From Phoronis australis (taxonomy: Eukaryota > Animalia > Phoronida): DNA of 64,000 nucleotides. The notes below the pieces were generated by a model. It was not told where the DNA came from and did no database searches. It saw only the letters and a list, made by a program, of their open reading frames with translations. The stretch covers positions 624,303 through 688,302 of the forward strand of contig NMRA01000048.1 of NCBI GenBank assembly GCA_002633005.1. The letters run 5' to 3'. This document shows positions 48,661-62,720 of the stretch, one piece after another. The translations under genes and the position numbers were made by a program. The stretch's first letter is position 1; the number at the start of each line of letters is the position of its first letter.

Positions 48661-51035
48661 AAGCTGGGGTAAAGTTTGATTTCTTGACACTATTGTTGCA
48701 TTTCATTGTTGAATAGTTTGCCTCAATCAGCTACTGTTTTAATGAGAAGAAAATGAACAGATAAGTGTGTGTAATTTAGACTAAATATCGATGAACAAAA
48801 ATCCCTTGAAGTGTGGTGACTACATGGTAATTTTGGTAGCCAACAGTTTCCTTCACTCATGAAGTGTAAATACCGGTAGTTATTTACAGTTTGCGTCATT
48901 CATGGAGAGTGGTGATAAAATGGCATGCTTGAGGGATTGCATTTCTACTTTGTGGTGACATAAGATGATGCGAAGTCAAGTTCAAGGTTCACTTGACTTA
49001 AGTAGACATTTCAATGATCAAATATTTTTCTTGTGAAACTAAATTGTTGCAAGGATCATTGGAATGGAAAGTAATGAAAATCCACTCAAAGCATTAACTT
49101 AGTTACAAAATAGCTCCAATACGAGTATCAACTGTTGTGATGGCACAATGAATGTTATTGTTAGGTATGATCAGAAAAATGCGACTATTACTTATAATGC
49201 TTCAAAGAACTTGAGCTAGTTCGTGATTGGGTGTGAAATAATCTGAGACATTTTGCATATTTTTGCATTGTCTAAATGTACACCAAAGAATATGTGCACC
49301 CTGAAATCTTGAAATTTCAGCATCTGACTTCTTGCATAAGAAATCTGATTACTCTTCTGGATTGTGCTTCAATTTGTTGTGCTATTTTGTGATAATCTCT
49401 TGTTAGCTTTATTTGGCTGTTGGCATAAAATGTTAAAATAATTTTTGGTGATAATAAAACTTGAAAATGAAGGCATGCTTGTAGACAAGGGGTGTTCGAC
49501 GGGTGGAAAAGTGGCACTCCCGCCAGCAACCGAAGTTTTCTGAAGAAACTGACCTCTGAGCAGTTTTGGTCAGTCTCGTCTGGTCCAATTTTATTATTGA
49601 TTCTGAATTATCAGGGTTGAATGACATTCTGGGGAATAGACGAATTAGCAATGACCTGGTGGTGGGGTGGGGAGTAAAGCCAAAAGTCCACCAACCTCTA
49701 GTGTTAGACCTGCCGTAATTATACTAAAAGTTAGCAGATGGAATGTTTGATAGTTGAGTTAACAATATTTATTTGATAAATGACCCAAGTTTGCTTTGTC
49801 ACATTTATTAAGAAAATAAAAGCTCAATAAAATATTTACTTTGAAGTTTGTTAAACCAGTGCAGCAACGTATTTATTGCACGCTGAAGTGGCATATCAAC
49901 CCAGATTCCATCAAAGAAGTGAACTTTTGATTTAAACCACTCACAGCCATAAAATTGGTGTCTACCTTAATCCTGGGTTTGCAAAGAACTGACAGTTTGT
50001 TATTCCACACTAAGAGCATAGTAAGCTGACGTGGTGACCAGTCAACGTGAAGAGCCTGATCCAGACCAATAAGTAACTATCAATTCTGTTGAAGTCCTTA
50101 AATCGCCGACAATTAAACTAAGGAACAGTTTGAAACCAATGTCATAACAATAAGACATCTAAGTCAAAAGTTGAATTTTTTCATGGAAGGCTGGTTTATC
50201 ACCAATATTTTACTAAAAACACTCGGAAACTATTTGACAATCACATTTATCTACAGCTCATATAGGGAATGGAGAGCTCGAATGCTTCATTGGTAATGAA
50301 TTTGATATCTAATTGGTTCAATTAGTATGCCTTAAAAACTTCACTTAACAAACACTCTCCTAAAATTTACAGTCATGAATAACCGGAAAGTGGTGTTTAA
50401 GACAGACGAGACAATTTGGCTGCTAAGGTAATTTCCTCCTATCTAAAATTCTGCAATATTTTCATGAGGAAAAGTGCACAAGTCTTAATGAAAAACTCTA
50501 CATGAATCTTTTTCTGACAACTTAAATTGATTTGACTTTTAAAGGCGTAAAGCAGGATGTGCATCACAAAAGTGCTTTTTGTACGTGCAATATCTGCTGG
50601 CACTGCATGCTAATACATGATAAGCTGCAGATGTCATTCACAAAGAATTACATCAATCCCTGGATTGCCAGTACAAAATTCTTGTTGATATCTTTATAAT
50701 TGCCAAGCAGTCATTTGCAGAAAAAGTGAACACTCACATTTAACTCAAAGCCTGTTTCAGCTGGTATGTCACAAAACTATTCGGAAGGCAGCATCTATTC
50801 AATGGAAATGTGCCTGACAGCTGTTGGATAAGTGTAACAAGATTTGTCTTTCAAGTAATACACAATTTCCCAAACTATATTTTTTGAAAGTTTAACCTTG
50901 CAGTATAGCTTTAGGGTCTCAATCTGAAAAGACCATCTTTAATTAAGGTATTTTTATCATAAAAGTAAAGCCATCCATCTGCTAAAAGCTTATTTAAATG
51001 GTTCCTCCCCATCCAAGAAACAAACTGAACTTCTA

Positions 51036-51392
51036 TTAGGCATTGAATTGCACCATAGTCCCACACTGCACAGGCAGGGACAGTCCTGAACTGTGCACTG
51101 GTACAACACAGTATTGACCACTGCGCACTTCCTCACTGATCACATATGCACAATAGAAGGCGCTGCCCAAGTAGGTATAATTAATGTCACTGGCTCCCGT
51201 ATTAGTAATGTACCACACTGTGAAATGATCCGCACAATCCTCTGGATAAGTCCACTTCAGCAGGAGGCGATGACAGTTTTTGCCTTGTGCAGTACTCTGA
51301 TCCCAAGTTTTCTCAATAGAACAAGGCAATAAACAGCAGTGTAGATCAGTAACCACTGGAATGATATCTGGGATATCTTGCATACGTAAAAC
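51036..51392 (-). CDS. ENGASE: Cytosolic endo-beta-N-acetylglucosaminidase (GH85), terminal exon
   Basis: TTACAG acceptor, phase 0; LLLKWTYP...YLGSAFYCAYVI...YCVVPV resembles the ENGase C-terminus; stop at 51036. Confidence 0.8.
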   Translation of the reverse strand, partial: VLRMQDIPDIIPVVTDLHCCLLPCSIEKTWDQSTAQGKNCHRLLLKWTYPEDCADHFTVWYITNTGASDINYTYLGSAFYCAYVISEEVRSGQYCVVPVHSSGLSLPVQCGTMVQFNA

Positions 51393-51798
51393 CTGTAAGT
51401 ATGGGTGTAAAGACAGATAAATGAAGCACTTGTGCAAGGAAGTACAGTATTGTAAATACCTTTATTTATCACATAAATACCATCTGTACTAATGTGAAAT
51501 TCCTATTTTAGACAATCAAAACTAATCGGTGACGCTCACTTTACAAAAAGACAAGTTTATATTTTTTACTAATAGCTAATTGATTACAGACACATAACCA
51601 ACTTCAATATGGTGGTATGTTCCACGCCTGAGACTGTCAAACATTACACAAGAGTTTTAAAAGTTTATCACATTGTTTGAAAATTTAAAAACTCAAAAAT
51701 TGACCAATCGCATGACAAGCTTCGTGATGGTTTTAAACTTCATGTAACGTGATTGGACAATTTTTAATCAAATTTTGAGTAAAGTTAGGTGGTCCCAT

Positions 51799-51918
51799 AG
51801 TTAAGCCATGAGTTTGGCTTTTGTTCGGACAACTACAACACTGCGTTCAAGTCGTTTATTCCAATGATGGCGGACAATCGTGTCGCCCTCTAACGTATAC
51901 AGAGTGAGTTTCTCAACA
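51799..51918 (-). mobile_element. Solo LTR of family B in an ENGASE intron
   Basis: Close match to 46244-46366; 4-bp TSD CCAT on both sides. Confidence 0.93.
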
Positions 51919-51980
51919 CCATGTCCAGATAACAGATGGCAACGCTGATAGGAGTGTGATAAACAGAAAATCACATTTAC

Positions 51981-52104
51981 CTGAATTTGTCCAACAAATA
52001 CTTCACATTGATCGACACTGAGTTGACCAGTACTACGACAAACAGCAGTAAGGCCAGTCACATCACCCACATCTGTTAATATCTCCATTGGAACAATGTG
52101 ACAA
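51981..52104 (-). CDS. ENGASE: ENGase exon
   Basis: AG/GT bounded; CHIVPMEILTDVGDVTGLTAVC...VFVGQIQ; phase compatible with the last exon. Confidence 0.7.
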
Positions 52105-52269
52105 CTGAAACATGGAAACACAGTGTTTATGTAATGATTCAGAAGTCGTAATATATAACTGCCTTCTATCATAAAAATGTCTCTTGATTTAGACCACTTA
52201 CCATGAAGAAATTGGTTTCAAATTGTTCTTTAGTAAAATTAGAGCTCAGGGCTTCGAAAGACATGACAC

Positions 52270-52392
52270 ATTGTTATTGGTTGAGATCCAGCAGCACAAC
52301 TTGGCTAGTCATGTCATGTTATTGGTTGAGATCCAGCAGCACAAGTTGGCTAGTCACGTCGTGTTATTGGTTGATATCCAGCAGCACAAGTT
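52270..52392. repeat. ~45-bp tandem repeat x3
   Basis: TGTTATTGGTTGAGATCCAGCAGCACAAGTT units. Confidence 0.9.
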
Positions 52393-54684
52393 AGTAAGTC
52401 ACACCGTGTTATGTAATTTACTCAAATACACTAGTCTTATCCAATACATCACAATTTCAATGTCAGATCAGTTTTACAAGCGAATGTACATTCAGCAGCA
52501 ACTCATAAATGATAGAATTTTTGATGCTAAAAATATATATTAAGTACCGCGGTAAATCAAATAACACTGAAGATAAATCAGCGAAAAACAAATTAATTTG
52601 TACACACCTGAATAGTTACGGCAACAGACTTAGACAGCTAGCAACAGGCTAATGTAGATACTGGAGCCTTTCTTTATTGTTTTCATTGACTTGGAACGTA
52701 CTCAAATTAAAGTTTTTCATATTACGTACTCCCCAGGTATTTTAGTATCTCGAAGTACAGCTTTTGTCCAGCTGAAGTTTAGCAAAATATTTATGTTACC
52801 TTTAGTAAAAATGCAGATCCCGGGTTACCTTGCAGACCTTTTTCTGTGTTCATTACTGTTTCCATGATGGGTATGCCCTCACCACGAATCAATAGAAAAT
52901 GATGTAAACAGACCAACAAAATGCCCAAATCTTGGTACTGAATTCATTTCTATAAAGCAACCACAAATGACCAGCACAGACATTATCTTTCCTCGATGGA
53001 AGTGAATGTAGAATTAAGACGAGGGCCCTTTGCTGGGCCATTTACGTAAAAAAGACACTCCAGGGGAAGCAGTCGGGAAATAACATGGGAAATGCAAGTG
53101 ATGATCAGGGATCCATATTTCTACTAAACGTAACATCAAAAACTAAATTTTGGAAATACTCTGTCATCCAGCAGAAGTGTAATTGTACTGTATTCTTGAA
53201 AATAAAGTATCACCGAAAACTCTTTAAATTATGGAAATACCTTCTTATCCAGCAGGAGTCTAATTGTGTTGTGTTTCGTAAAATGGTAGGCAGGTTCTCC
53301 TCAGCGCATGGTTGGACAACCTTTAGAGCAACTGAAACACATCCAAGAAGTGCAATAATTATACACACCGTTTTACAATACCATGCAGTTATAATTAGGT
53401 CAATTTGAAGTAGTGGCGGCAAAACTTTCATTTGAAACAATCAGTGGGCTTCATTTGGTCCATGATGTAATCATTTGCTATAAGGCATGCCAACATATCG
53501 TATTAAAGAACCAAAACAAAGAGTTCCACCCGAAAGCACGAACCAAAACAAAGTTGGCACAGCATAGGGCTTTAAGTTCTCTTTACTTGAAGTTTGTGCC
53601 AAGTACACCTGACAATGTGCTGCCTTGTACATGTCATACGTTGGGCCTATGGCGACATGTATATATTTCGATAAATCACTCACTATTCCATCATCGGTTT
53701 CTAAAACTGATGTAATACTAGGTTTATTAAATTTAACGCAAGTGGATAGGATCGTTTCACTTAGAAAATGCGCAATGGAGACAAGTTGGAATTAGGAGCA
53801 ATAGAACGAGAGAACTTATTTTAGTAAAGTTGTCAAGCACGCATACTTCCATCTCAACCCATTATCATGTATGTAACATGAATATTTAACGTAATCTATT
53901 TTGCCTGGGGTACGGCACGAGCTATGTTGCAGAGTAAAACAAGATGAGAATTGCCAATAATGTCATTTATTATGACATAAATAGAAAGAACTGAACAAGA
54001 CTCTGCAAGATGGGCATGGAAAAAACGCAACCGGAGTGTACAATGAATAGCCCAGAAAGATGGAACCAAAACAAAAGAACTGCCTGAAGGGCCTAAGAAA
54101 AAGTACAGAACATAAACACAAAACTTGAAAATACCTAACAGGTAATGGATATGCGAAAAAGGTGACCAGACACCCGGGATAGGGGGGTGGGAAAAAATGC
54201 AGAGAACAAAATTAATGTAGGTCTTGTTGACGACGAGATAGGTGGCTGAATGAGCTAGACCACTTTGAACCGAACAAAGGAGATATGGGTGACCAATCAG
54301 GTGTCGTGTAGAGAAATGTATGAATACAAAAGTAGACCCTTGAGGCTATAAATAGTGATGAGTAATGAAAAATAAACCCTAAGGGTTGATATCAAAATAA
54401 GGAGATAAATGGCAAAATGATGATAAATGCATTTAACAAGTTAAATTTAATTTAACAAAGTTTTTCTCTATACCATCTTTGTATCGATGTTCAACATAAT
54501 TCTAAAAGTAACGATAAGAGTTGTACGATAGGAAATACAGCTTGGGAAAATTGTTTTATCACACTACAAAAAGTCTCAAATAAGCAAAAACATTTTTTCC
54601 AGTTAAGTTAACAGTTCATTTCATTTAAGAAAAAAACAATCCACTGTTAAAGTAATTTCTAACAACTACTGAAAACCCTCTCAC

Positions 54685-54854
54685 CACCACTTGTGTTTGT
54701 GTGCGTATCCATATCTGACTGGCTGCTTGTAAGCAAGACACTCATGCCATTACTTGTTTCTAGACACAAATCAAGCTGTGTACCACAGGACATCATTGAA
54801 TGTACACAGACAAACAGATCATCATCTAGGACAGGAATGCTTAGGTTGAATAGT
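54685..54854 (-). CDS. ENGASE: ENGase exon
   Basis: TTGCAG acceptor; LFNLSIPVLDDDLFVCVHS...; donor position uncertain. Confidence 0.7.
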
Positions 54855-55329
54855 CTGCAAAATGTGCATGTAAAATTGAAGTATATATCAACAATAATTA
54901 AAAATACCATACAGTACATGAGATGAAGGTTGTCCTTGACATATCTTATGCTCAACTGAGACATCAAAAGCAGCAGAACACTAGAAAATTTGACAATTAT
55001 AAAATTTGTACATATTAAAGCAACATTTTGGCAAAGACATTAGGAGGACATTTGCACAAATAAGTTTAAATATCGATGACTAAACATGGAAAATACATGA
55101 CAGATATTAAATGACAGTTTGAAGGAAAACAATTTAAAAATGGGAAATTTTTAGGGTATCAAACAAAATTGGTCAGAATATTCACAAAAATAATGCTTGA
55201 AGTATTTATTAAAATGAAAAATTTGATGATATCTATAACAGCTGCAACAGTCACACTGTTATCACATATCCAAGGATGTTTTTTTCAAAAATCAAAACAC
55301 CTGTTGAGTACATACAAGAGAAAACCAAC

Positions 55330-55508
55330 CTAAATTTCACCTCCCCATCTTTGAATTTTCCCTGAAGTCGGAGACAATGCCCACCATTATATGCAAGATC
55401 TGAACACAGGTCAGCAGACATAGAGTCACCATGACTACTGAGATTGAACAATACGTCTGGCTGCTGTTGTTGTAAACTAAGGTTTGACCATGGAGAGCCC
55501 TTTACTAA
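55330..55508 (-). CDS. ENGASE: ENGase exon
   Basis: AG/GT; PWSNLSLQQQQP...AYNGGHCLRLQG. Confidence 0.9.
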
Positions 55509-55861
55509 CTGCAAGACAATAACAAAAATCATTCAATTCAGTAAACAAATGAAAGGAAATTTCTTATTATTAAGTACTTGGTCAGCTATTACACCACTGG
55601 CTCACTTATGAATTTCCAAACTGACCAGGAGAAGTGGGGTAAAACTGCCATAACACCTGAAGCCTTGATCATGGAAAACCTAAACGTCGAATTCTAAAAA
55701 ATCAAACATTCTCGCTGTGTAGTAAAAAGTCAGTGCCATGACACTGAGAGTCTCGTATTTGCCACCAGTAAGCCATATTTAATAAAACTTACTTTGACTA
55801 CATTAGTCAAAAGTATGAATGGATAATAAGAACACAGTAATTAACAGTTTAATATTCATAC

Positions 55862-55970
55862 ATCACCAAAGTGATAAAATCTGTCTCCATATCCAGCACA
55901 AAATGAAGTGATGATCGGCAAGTGCTTTGGTTTCATAGACAAGCAATGAGACTTGAGCAGTGTCCAGAAC
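55862..55970 (-). CDS. ENGASE: ENGase exon
   Basis: AG/GT; FWTLLK...LPIITSFCAGYG. Confidence 0.9.
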
Positions 55971-56860
55971 CTGAAAGAAATAACCACACATCAACTGTGC
56001 ATTGTCACCACACCACACATCAACTGTGCATTGTCACCACAAACTTAAAGTAAATATATCCAATAACATCAACAGTAATTCTATTAACTAACTGAATTCA
56101 TCACTCCAGCACAACTCACAAGGCTTAGTGACATTCTCTTGAGCTTGAAAATGCCCTTTGAAGATAAAGAGACCATCCAATAAACTGTCAAAACAGTTTG
56201 CTGCAAACTTTTAGAGAATGCTGGCAGAGGCAGTTAAGGCAAATCAGAGTGACTTGTTCAGTAAAATTGTTCTATTGTTAATATACAATAACAAAAATCA
56301 GTAATTCTACCTTTAATCCACAAGAAGTTTAAATGAAATATATTTTTTGTCACATGCAACTGGAAAATGCTTTTTTAAAATTATCCATCCACACACCTAA
56401 TGCTATTAGGAAAGTACATAACTAAAATTAAAATGATGTAATACAGGCATACCGAATATTACCAGATTGGCTCACGGCATAAATGAGCAAAATTTGAGAA
56501 TGTGTGATAAATCAAAAGTGGGCATCAACAATTTCAGACAAAAATAATTGTCAAAACTGATTTTATTCATTTTTGAACGCCTTCCAACATTGCAGTGAAT
56601 TGGCAAAACATTGCATGTTGGGAGCTATGATGGAAAATTTTGATGAAATGTTAAAGTATTTGTCAGTGCTACATCTATTTCATTAAAAATTAAGAAAATA
56701 TATTTCACTAATCAGCCGTATCGAGTCCTAAATTGGTGAGATTTTACTGTACACATAGCAAAAAAAATCTATCCTTTTGCACACTGTGTTTTATTCCAAA
56801 GAACATCATCAATTGTCAGTCTTGTCAATCAAGGCTGATTAAACCGGGTTACAAACCAAC

Positions 56861-56964
56861 CTATTACTGTTATCTCTCAAGTTTTTCTTGTCCTGTGTCT
56901 CGTACACCCAGCCTGGAGCAAATATGGCTACAGACAGATTGTTGACTCTGGCAGCATTTATAGC
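56861..56964 (-). CDS. ENGASE: ENGase exon
   Basis: AG/GT; LSVAIFAPGWVYE. Confidence 0.95.
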
Positions 56965-57734
56965 CTGAGAAACATACAGACAGGTATTAACAGTTTTTAA
57001 AATGAAATGTGGAAATTGCAAAATGGATGAATTCAGGGGTGAGATGGACATTAACAGATGCATTGCCATTTCACCCCTGCAACATATAGTGCACCCCTGC
57101 AACATATATTGCACCCCTGCAACATATATTGCACAATTATAAAGTGTGTCCCAGGTCTTTATTTAGTTAAGGGAAGATTTGTTGTGTAGTTTTGAAAGAG
57201 TAAAGAGGATATTTCTCTATACTGGAAAGATGAAACCAGAATAATACACTTTCCTCTATATTCATATTTATACGTGAAACGTTTAAGTCGATGTGATAAG
57301 CTTGACAAAACTTTATTCATGAACTTTCTGCAGCAACATCATTTAAATAACTTGAGAAAGCATCAAACGAGTTCCTTGAAATGGATCTGATTAGTTTTAG
57401 CTCAGATGTTCTGTAGTCTCTATTACTGTAATATTGACCAGAAGTCTGCATTTACGTAACCTCAAAATCTGCCTGTATGCAAAATACAAATTCAAAAATA
57501 AATTTTAATCTCGTTTTGTATGACACATTTACATAACGTATAATTGGGTATTAAATAACGGATAAAACATTTTATGAACTAGTTAAAGTTCAGGGCATTG
57601 TTTAAGGGACGATTTACTTCTGACTTAACTTGATCATGCTTCACACAAATTATGCATTTATGATGCTGAACCAAGGCAAATGAGTATGTGGTAGTAGATA
57701 GTTTGTCACAAAGACAGAGCCTCATTTGGCATAC

Positions 57735-57906
57735 CATGTTTGTGTTAAACCCTCCTCCACCCATCATTCCTCGGCCAAACACATCTATCCCTACGTAGAC
57801 ATCCTCTAGTCGGTTCTGTGATGAGGCCAGTTCAGCAGACTGTTTTAAGTTCTCCGCCTTCCAAGTGTAGTTCAGGAATATTCCATCACAAGCATCGAAG
57901 AAAATG
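57735..57906 (-). CDS. ENGASE: ENGase exon
   Basis: AG/GT; FFDACDGIFLNYTW...DVYVGIDVFGRG. Confidence 0.95.
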
Positions 57907-58233
57907 CTTTTGGAAAACAATCAATTAAAAAAAACATAAATGAACCCAGTTATATTAATATAGAAAATCATTGTGAGCAGTCTTTAGATATGAAGCTAGA
58001 AAGTTCAAATGAAAAAAAGAAAGAACAAAGACAACTGTACTGTCAATGAACAATAAATAACCAATAGACAACTAGCCAAGTTTACACAGTGTCTCTTGTA
58101 TCACAAGATTCCAAATCTTTTTGAATAATATGCATGCTTCTGTACAACTAGTGTTTTGACTTTCTTACATAAAATTGCTTTACAAACTCATTATGCACAC
58201 AGCACATCTTCAAACCCTGAAACATCCAATTAC

Positions 58234-58382
58234 CTGTTGGCACTATTTAATTCATTCTGCCATTTTAGTTTACCAGATGAGATGACACTGTCGTACCAGA
58301 TGACCAGCGAGTTGGCCTTGCATGAATGCATACTGCTGGTTAGATATTCCACAAACTGACGGAGTGTCTCTACCCTATCGGG
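58234..58382 (-). CDS. ENGASE: ENGase exon
   Basis: AG/GT; VIWYDSVISSGKLKWQNELN. Confidence 0.95.
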
Positions 58383-58548
58383 CTGGAAATAAATGACAGG
58401 CACTGACAAAATTAAAATGATTGTGTGAAATTGGTGTGCAACAACCAAACAAAACTTGGCTGTTATGAATGCAGATATGGTTAACTTCACAGAAAATTCA
58501 TTGGCCTCGTAATCTGTCTAAAATTTGACATCTTATTCCATTTTACCA

Positions 58549-58806
58549 GGGGTCTGTTTCATGAAAGTGACTTAAGACTAAAGACAGAGATTTGGTCTTA
58601 CCACTTCCCAATTAGTGAAAAAGGTTTAGACAGTCAAGCAGTTGTGTGCATTGCAGTGTAGAAATAATTTAAAGAAATTATTTCATTAACTGCCACCTAT
58701 GTGTATGTTCTCTGAGACTTTGGACTTATGCACAAGTGAGATTTAATCTTTTTTCAGGAGTAAATTTCTGAATTAAGTCTTAAGTCACTTTTCATGAAAC
58801 GAACTT
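58549..58806. mobile_element. MITE with ~25-bp TIRs
   Basis: GTTTCATGAAAGTGACTTAAGACT ... AGTCTTAAGTCACTTTTCATGAAAC inverted pair. Confidence 0.7.
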
Positions 58807-59869
58807 TAGTTTAAATGTTATAATAACTAGGACTGCACTATTACTGTTACACTACTACTGTAACAGCAGTTTTCAACATCAACTAGAAAGACCTTGACAG
58901 AATTCTACCACACTCTGCCAAACTTGAATAAACATCTTACCAGAAATATATGGAAGTGTAATCAAACTTTTATCACGTTAAAATAGGGTTTTTGTTGAAC
59001 TTCTGTAGGAATTTAATGTGATGCCCTTAAGCATAGACACTAATTGTTTATTTATGAATGGACGGGCTCAGTAATTTGTTGCAATTTCGACAACGTGCAT
59101 GGAGAAAATACGTGTCAAGATTCAGTTAGCGTAGAAATGGATTCTAGTTGAAAAGGAATTATAATTTAATATGTAGACATGGGATTTGTGTGCCAAAACT
59201 ATTGAATTTCTGCATTATCCAGTTTATTTTTCACTCTGAAATTAATCAAAAAGCTAAAAAACCCTTTCATTTCACTTGATTTAAGAGGGAAGCGGCCATT
59301 TTGATGTTACATTTACTACTGTAACAATTACAGATCCCAGGTTATCTTCCAGACATTTTTCTCATTAATTACTATTCCGCTGGCATATATATACTCTCCA
59401 TTCAACAAAAGAAATTGAAGCAAATGACCCACGTCTTGGTTCTTCATTTATTTCCATTGAGCAAACATGAATGACCAATACAGACTGTATTTAGTCACAC
59501 ATTTTGTTTGCTCAATGGACATTTCCTAGATGTGGACCTTTTGCTGGGCCATTTGCGATACTCTCCATTGTTAAAAGCACAGCCAAAACACCCCAAGAGA
59601 ATAATAGCAATTGACTTGGAAAATCCCTCTCTACCTCCGATGAAAAACAAATGCATTTCCCCTTTAAGCTTCTATTTTTTTCCGAAACAAAATCAAATAA
59701 TTCCATTCTGAAAATTTCAAATTAGAAGTCAAAAGTTGAAAAGAAAGTGCTTGACAAGAGAGCAAAACTTGGCAAAATGAACAATGAAAAATGAGTACGA
59801 TGACAATGAGGGAAGATGTAAGGATGGTGATGATAATTTAGAGACATAGTCCAGTACATCTACACAGAC

Positions 59870-60024
59870 CTCAATCTCGTTCTCAATGTTGATGAGCCAT
59901 CCATCAAATCCCAAGTGACAAGCTATGTCCACCAACTGATCAGCTGCCTGCTTATAGGATTGTTCAGACTTTAGCAACTGTGCACAGGTGTCAGCACCTT
60001 CCTGCCACTCTGTGATAAATGTGC
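59870..60024 (-). CDS. ENGASE: ENGase catalytic exon
   Basis: AG/GT; GTFITEW...GFDGWLINIEN (GH85 catalytic N-x-E). Confidence 0.97.
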
Positions 60025-60765
60025 CTGTGTGAAAACAGTACAAGCTGATCAAAAAGAAACATTCAGGACCATAAGCAATTTTATAATACTCATCAAACTG
60101 CATAAACTTCCAAAATGATAACAGGGCCAACTAAATGCTAGAAATGCCATAATTTTGGTCACTGAAAATTTTTGAAGTTTCCTAAACATGAAAGAGCAAT
60201 ATGTCCACACCTTCTGTAGAAAACAAATTACGATGTCGGCAACTTACATTTTACGAAACTTGTCTTACTTTTTTCTCACAGAGATTAAAAATGATTTCTG
60301 GGCTTGAGAATTGAGGAGACAGTTCATCATTGTTTCATAGCATTATTGTGAAGTTTGGTTGTCAAAGTTGGTTAATTTCAGTCACCAAAGAAATATGGCC
60401 ATCAGAGGACTCCCAACATTTTATTGCAATCAATTACAATCTAAGCAGAAGGTAAGAACATGATGACTTTACTTTGAAAAACAAAAATATGCTTGTAAAG
60501 AAAGTTGTTTTTGACACCAAAACAACACATCACTAACTTTAAGGATCAAGTCCAAATTTTGAAATAGATGAGAATTAGTGCATATTTAATTGACTAAGAC
60601 ACAAAACATAAAAACACCTTTCCCTACCACTAAAAATTGGCAATAAAATTTCGCCCTTAAGGTTCAGATTCACAACTTGAAACACTGCTGAAATCATGCA
60701 GCTGATGACATAAAGTTACAAGCAGTGATGAAACTCAACTGGAAGTTTTAATGCACACTGCTCAC

Positions 60766-60914
60766 CTAACACAGGTACTTGGTTTCTATGAGCAGCATAA
60801 ATCCAGCCAACAGGGGGCACAGTGACCAGGTTATGGCTGAAGTAGACAAACACATCGACGAACTGCCACTGGTAGAACTGGTAACAGTCTGTTGTAGGAC
60901 AACCCTGAACAAAT
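60766..60914 (-). CDS. ENGASE: ENGase exon
   Basis: AG/GT; WQFVDVFVYFSHNLVTVPPVGWIYAAHRNQVPVL. Confidence 0.97.
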
Positions 60915-61143
60915 CTGGAAAAGGGAACTGGCTTCTGTCAGGCATTACTGATTAAGAAACAACATGGATATTGCATGGAGGATAAATTGAAACTTTGGTC
61001 ATGAATGTTTGAACTTGGTCTGTTTACAGATGTAAGTTAAGTTACTAGTAGTGGTGTTCTGTTCAGGCAGCAGTACAAGAATACAATACACAGTCAGATA
61101 GCAAATAATAAATTGCGGAAGTCAATGAAGAACACAAACGTGC

Positions 61144-62172
61144 ACAAGAGCAACGCAGAGCGTTGAAATGCACCCACAATTGCACCGTATACGGTATTCT
61201 TCTAGGGTTGTTTATTGGTACCATAAAGTGGCCAGTAGAGGGCATATATGTAGTATGTTGTACTTTGCAAAATGCAAAGGCATGGTCATTGTCTCCTCAA
61301 TAGGCTAGGGGCAAAATGTTTGGTTGACAGAGGGGTGGACGCCAAAAAACAGACTCAAAAACAGTAAAAATGGCCACTGGGTGTCGCAAACTAGGTCAAA
61401 TCCATCCGAAAACGGGGGGATAGCGTCATCGCACTAATAGGTGCCTACATACCAAATTTCATAAAAATCCGTTAAGGACTGGTGAAGATACAGAGGTAAA
61501 CGTAAAAAAATAAAATTGCCACTAGGGGGCACACTGGTAGGCGGATCCGTCCAAAAGTCGTCATCGTCTGTTGTTAACATCATATAAATACACTTGTTAA
61601 ATTTCGTAAAGATCCTGCAAACGGTTTAGGAGATACAGCCATAGGCGCAAAATAAAAAAAACTGCCACTAGGAGGTGCCACAGTAGTCCAAATCGTCTGA
61701 AAATCAATGTCAGCTGTCCTCTTGATAGTAAGCACATACATGCCAATTTTCACAATCATCCTTTGAGCGGTTTGGTTGATAGAGGGGTGGATGCAAAAAC
61801 ACAGACTCGAAAACACTAAAAATGGCCACTAGGTGGCGCAAACTATGTCGAATCCATCTGAAAATGGGAGGATAGTGTCATCTTACTAATAGGTGCCTAC
61901 ATACCACATTTCATGAAAATCCGTTCAGGACTTTTGAAGATACAAAGGTAAGCCTAAAAAACTAAAATTGCCACTAGGGGACACACCGGTAGTCGGATCC
62001 GTCCGAAAGTTCGCACATGCCGTCCCATTCATGAATGGACCATATGTGCCAAATTTCATGAACGTATGTCAAAGGGTTTTGGAGATAAAGCAGCGGACGC
62101 CGGACGGACGCCGCCCAGACGGACGGAGATGACGGCATAATGCGTCCACATATAAATATGTGGGCGCATAAT
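61144..62172 (-). mobile_element. Helentron/HINE-like element copy (reverse)
   Basis: Reverse complement of the 5785-7275 family, including both termini and the GGAC microsatellite. Confidence 0.78.
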
Positions 62173-62560
62173 AAGGGAATTAAATTTTCAACTGATGTAC
62201 AATGTACTTTGGGGTTAACATATTAACACGCTAATCCAATCTTAAATGTTCACTGCATGAGCTGGAAACTCAAGTTTTAGGCAATGCATGCATGCACCAT
62301 TTTTGAAAATTAGAAATTTTAGAACTGAACAACTGAAATAATTTCTGCAGTCGCTAATGGTTTCGATGTTCTTATTGGTAATAGAAACAGAATACTCTCA
62401 TATAAGGAATTTCATGAGAACGATTTCATGAGAATAAAAGGCCTTATTCCATTTTCATTTTTAGTCAGCTAACCAACCGAGGATGAAAAGTATGCTGTTT
62501 CAATGAAAACTAATAATTATATCATCTTGGATTGTTCTGGCAAAACATAGCTCTAGTCAC

Positions 62561-62720
62561 CTGTCATGGAGATATCCTCCCATCATATCATGACAGACAA
62601 GCGTTTTAGGGCCAGGGCTCACTTTTTCTTTAAATGGCACTGTGCAACACACAGGTGAACAAGTCGTAGACCAGTCTGTGAGTTCCTTCAAGTTTTTCAC
62701 AGGGGCACACTCTGTCAAAT
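62561..62720 (-). CDS. ENGASE: ENGase exon (most 5' exon visible)
   Basis: AG/GT; PKTLVCHDMMGGYLHDR. Confidence 0.95.

Noticed and set aside
53085-53440. Possible LRR gene relic from an ~81-bp imperfect duplication
   Set aside because: No consistent frame or LRR periodicity; insufficient support.
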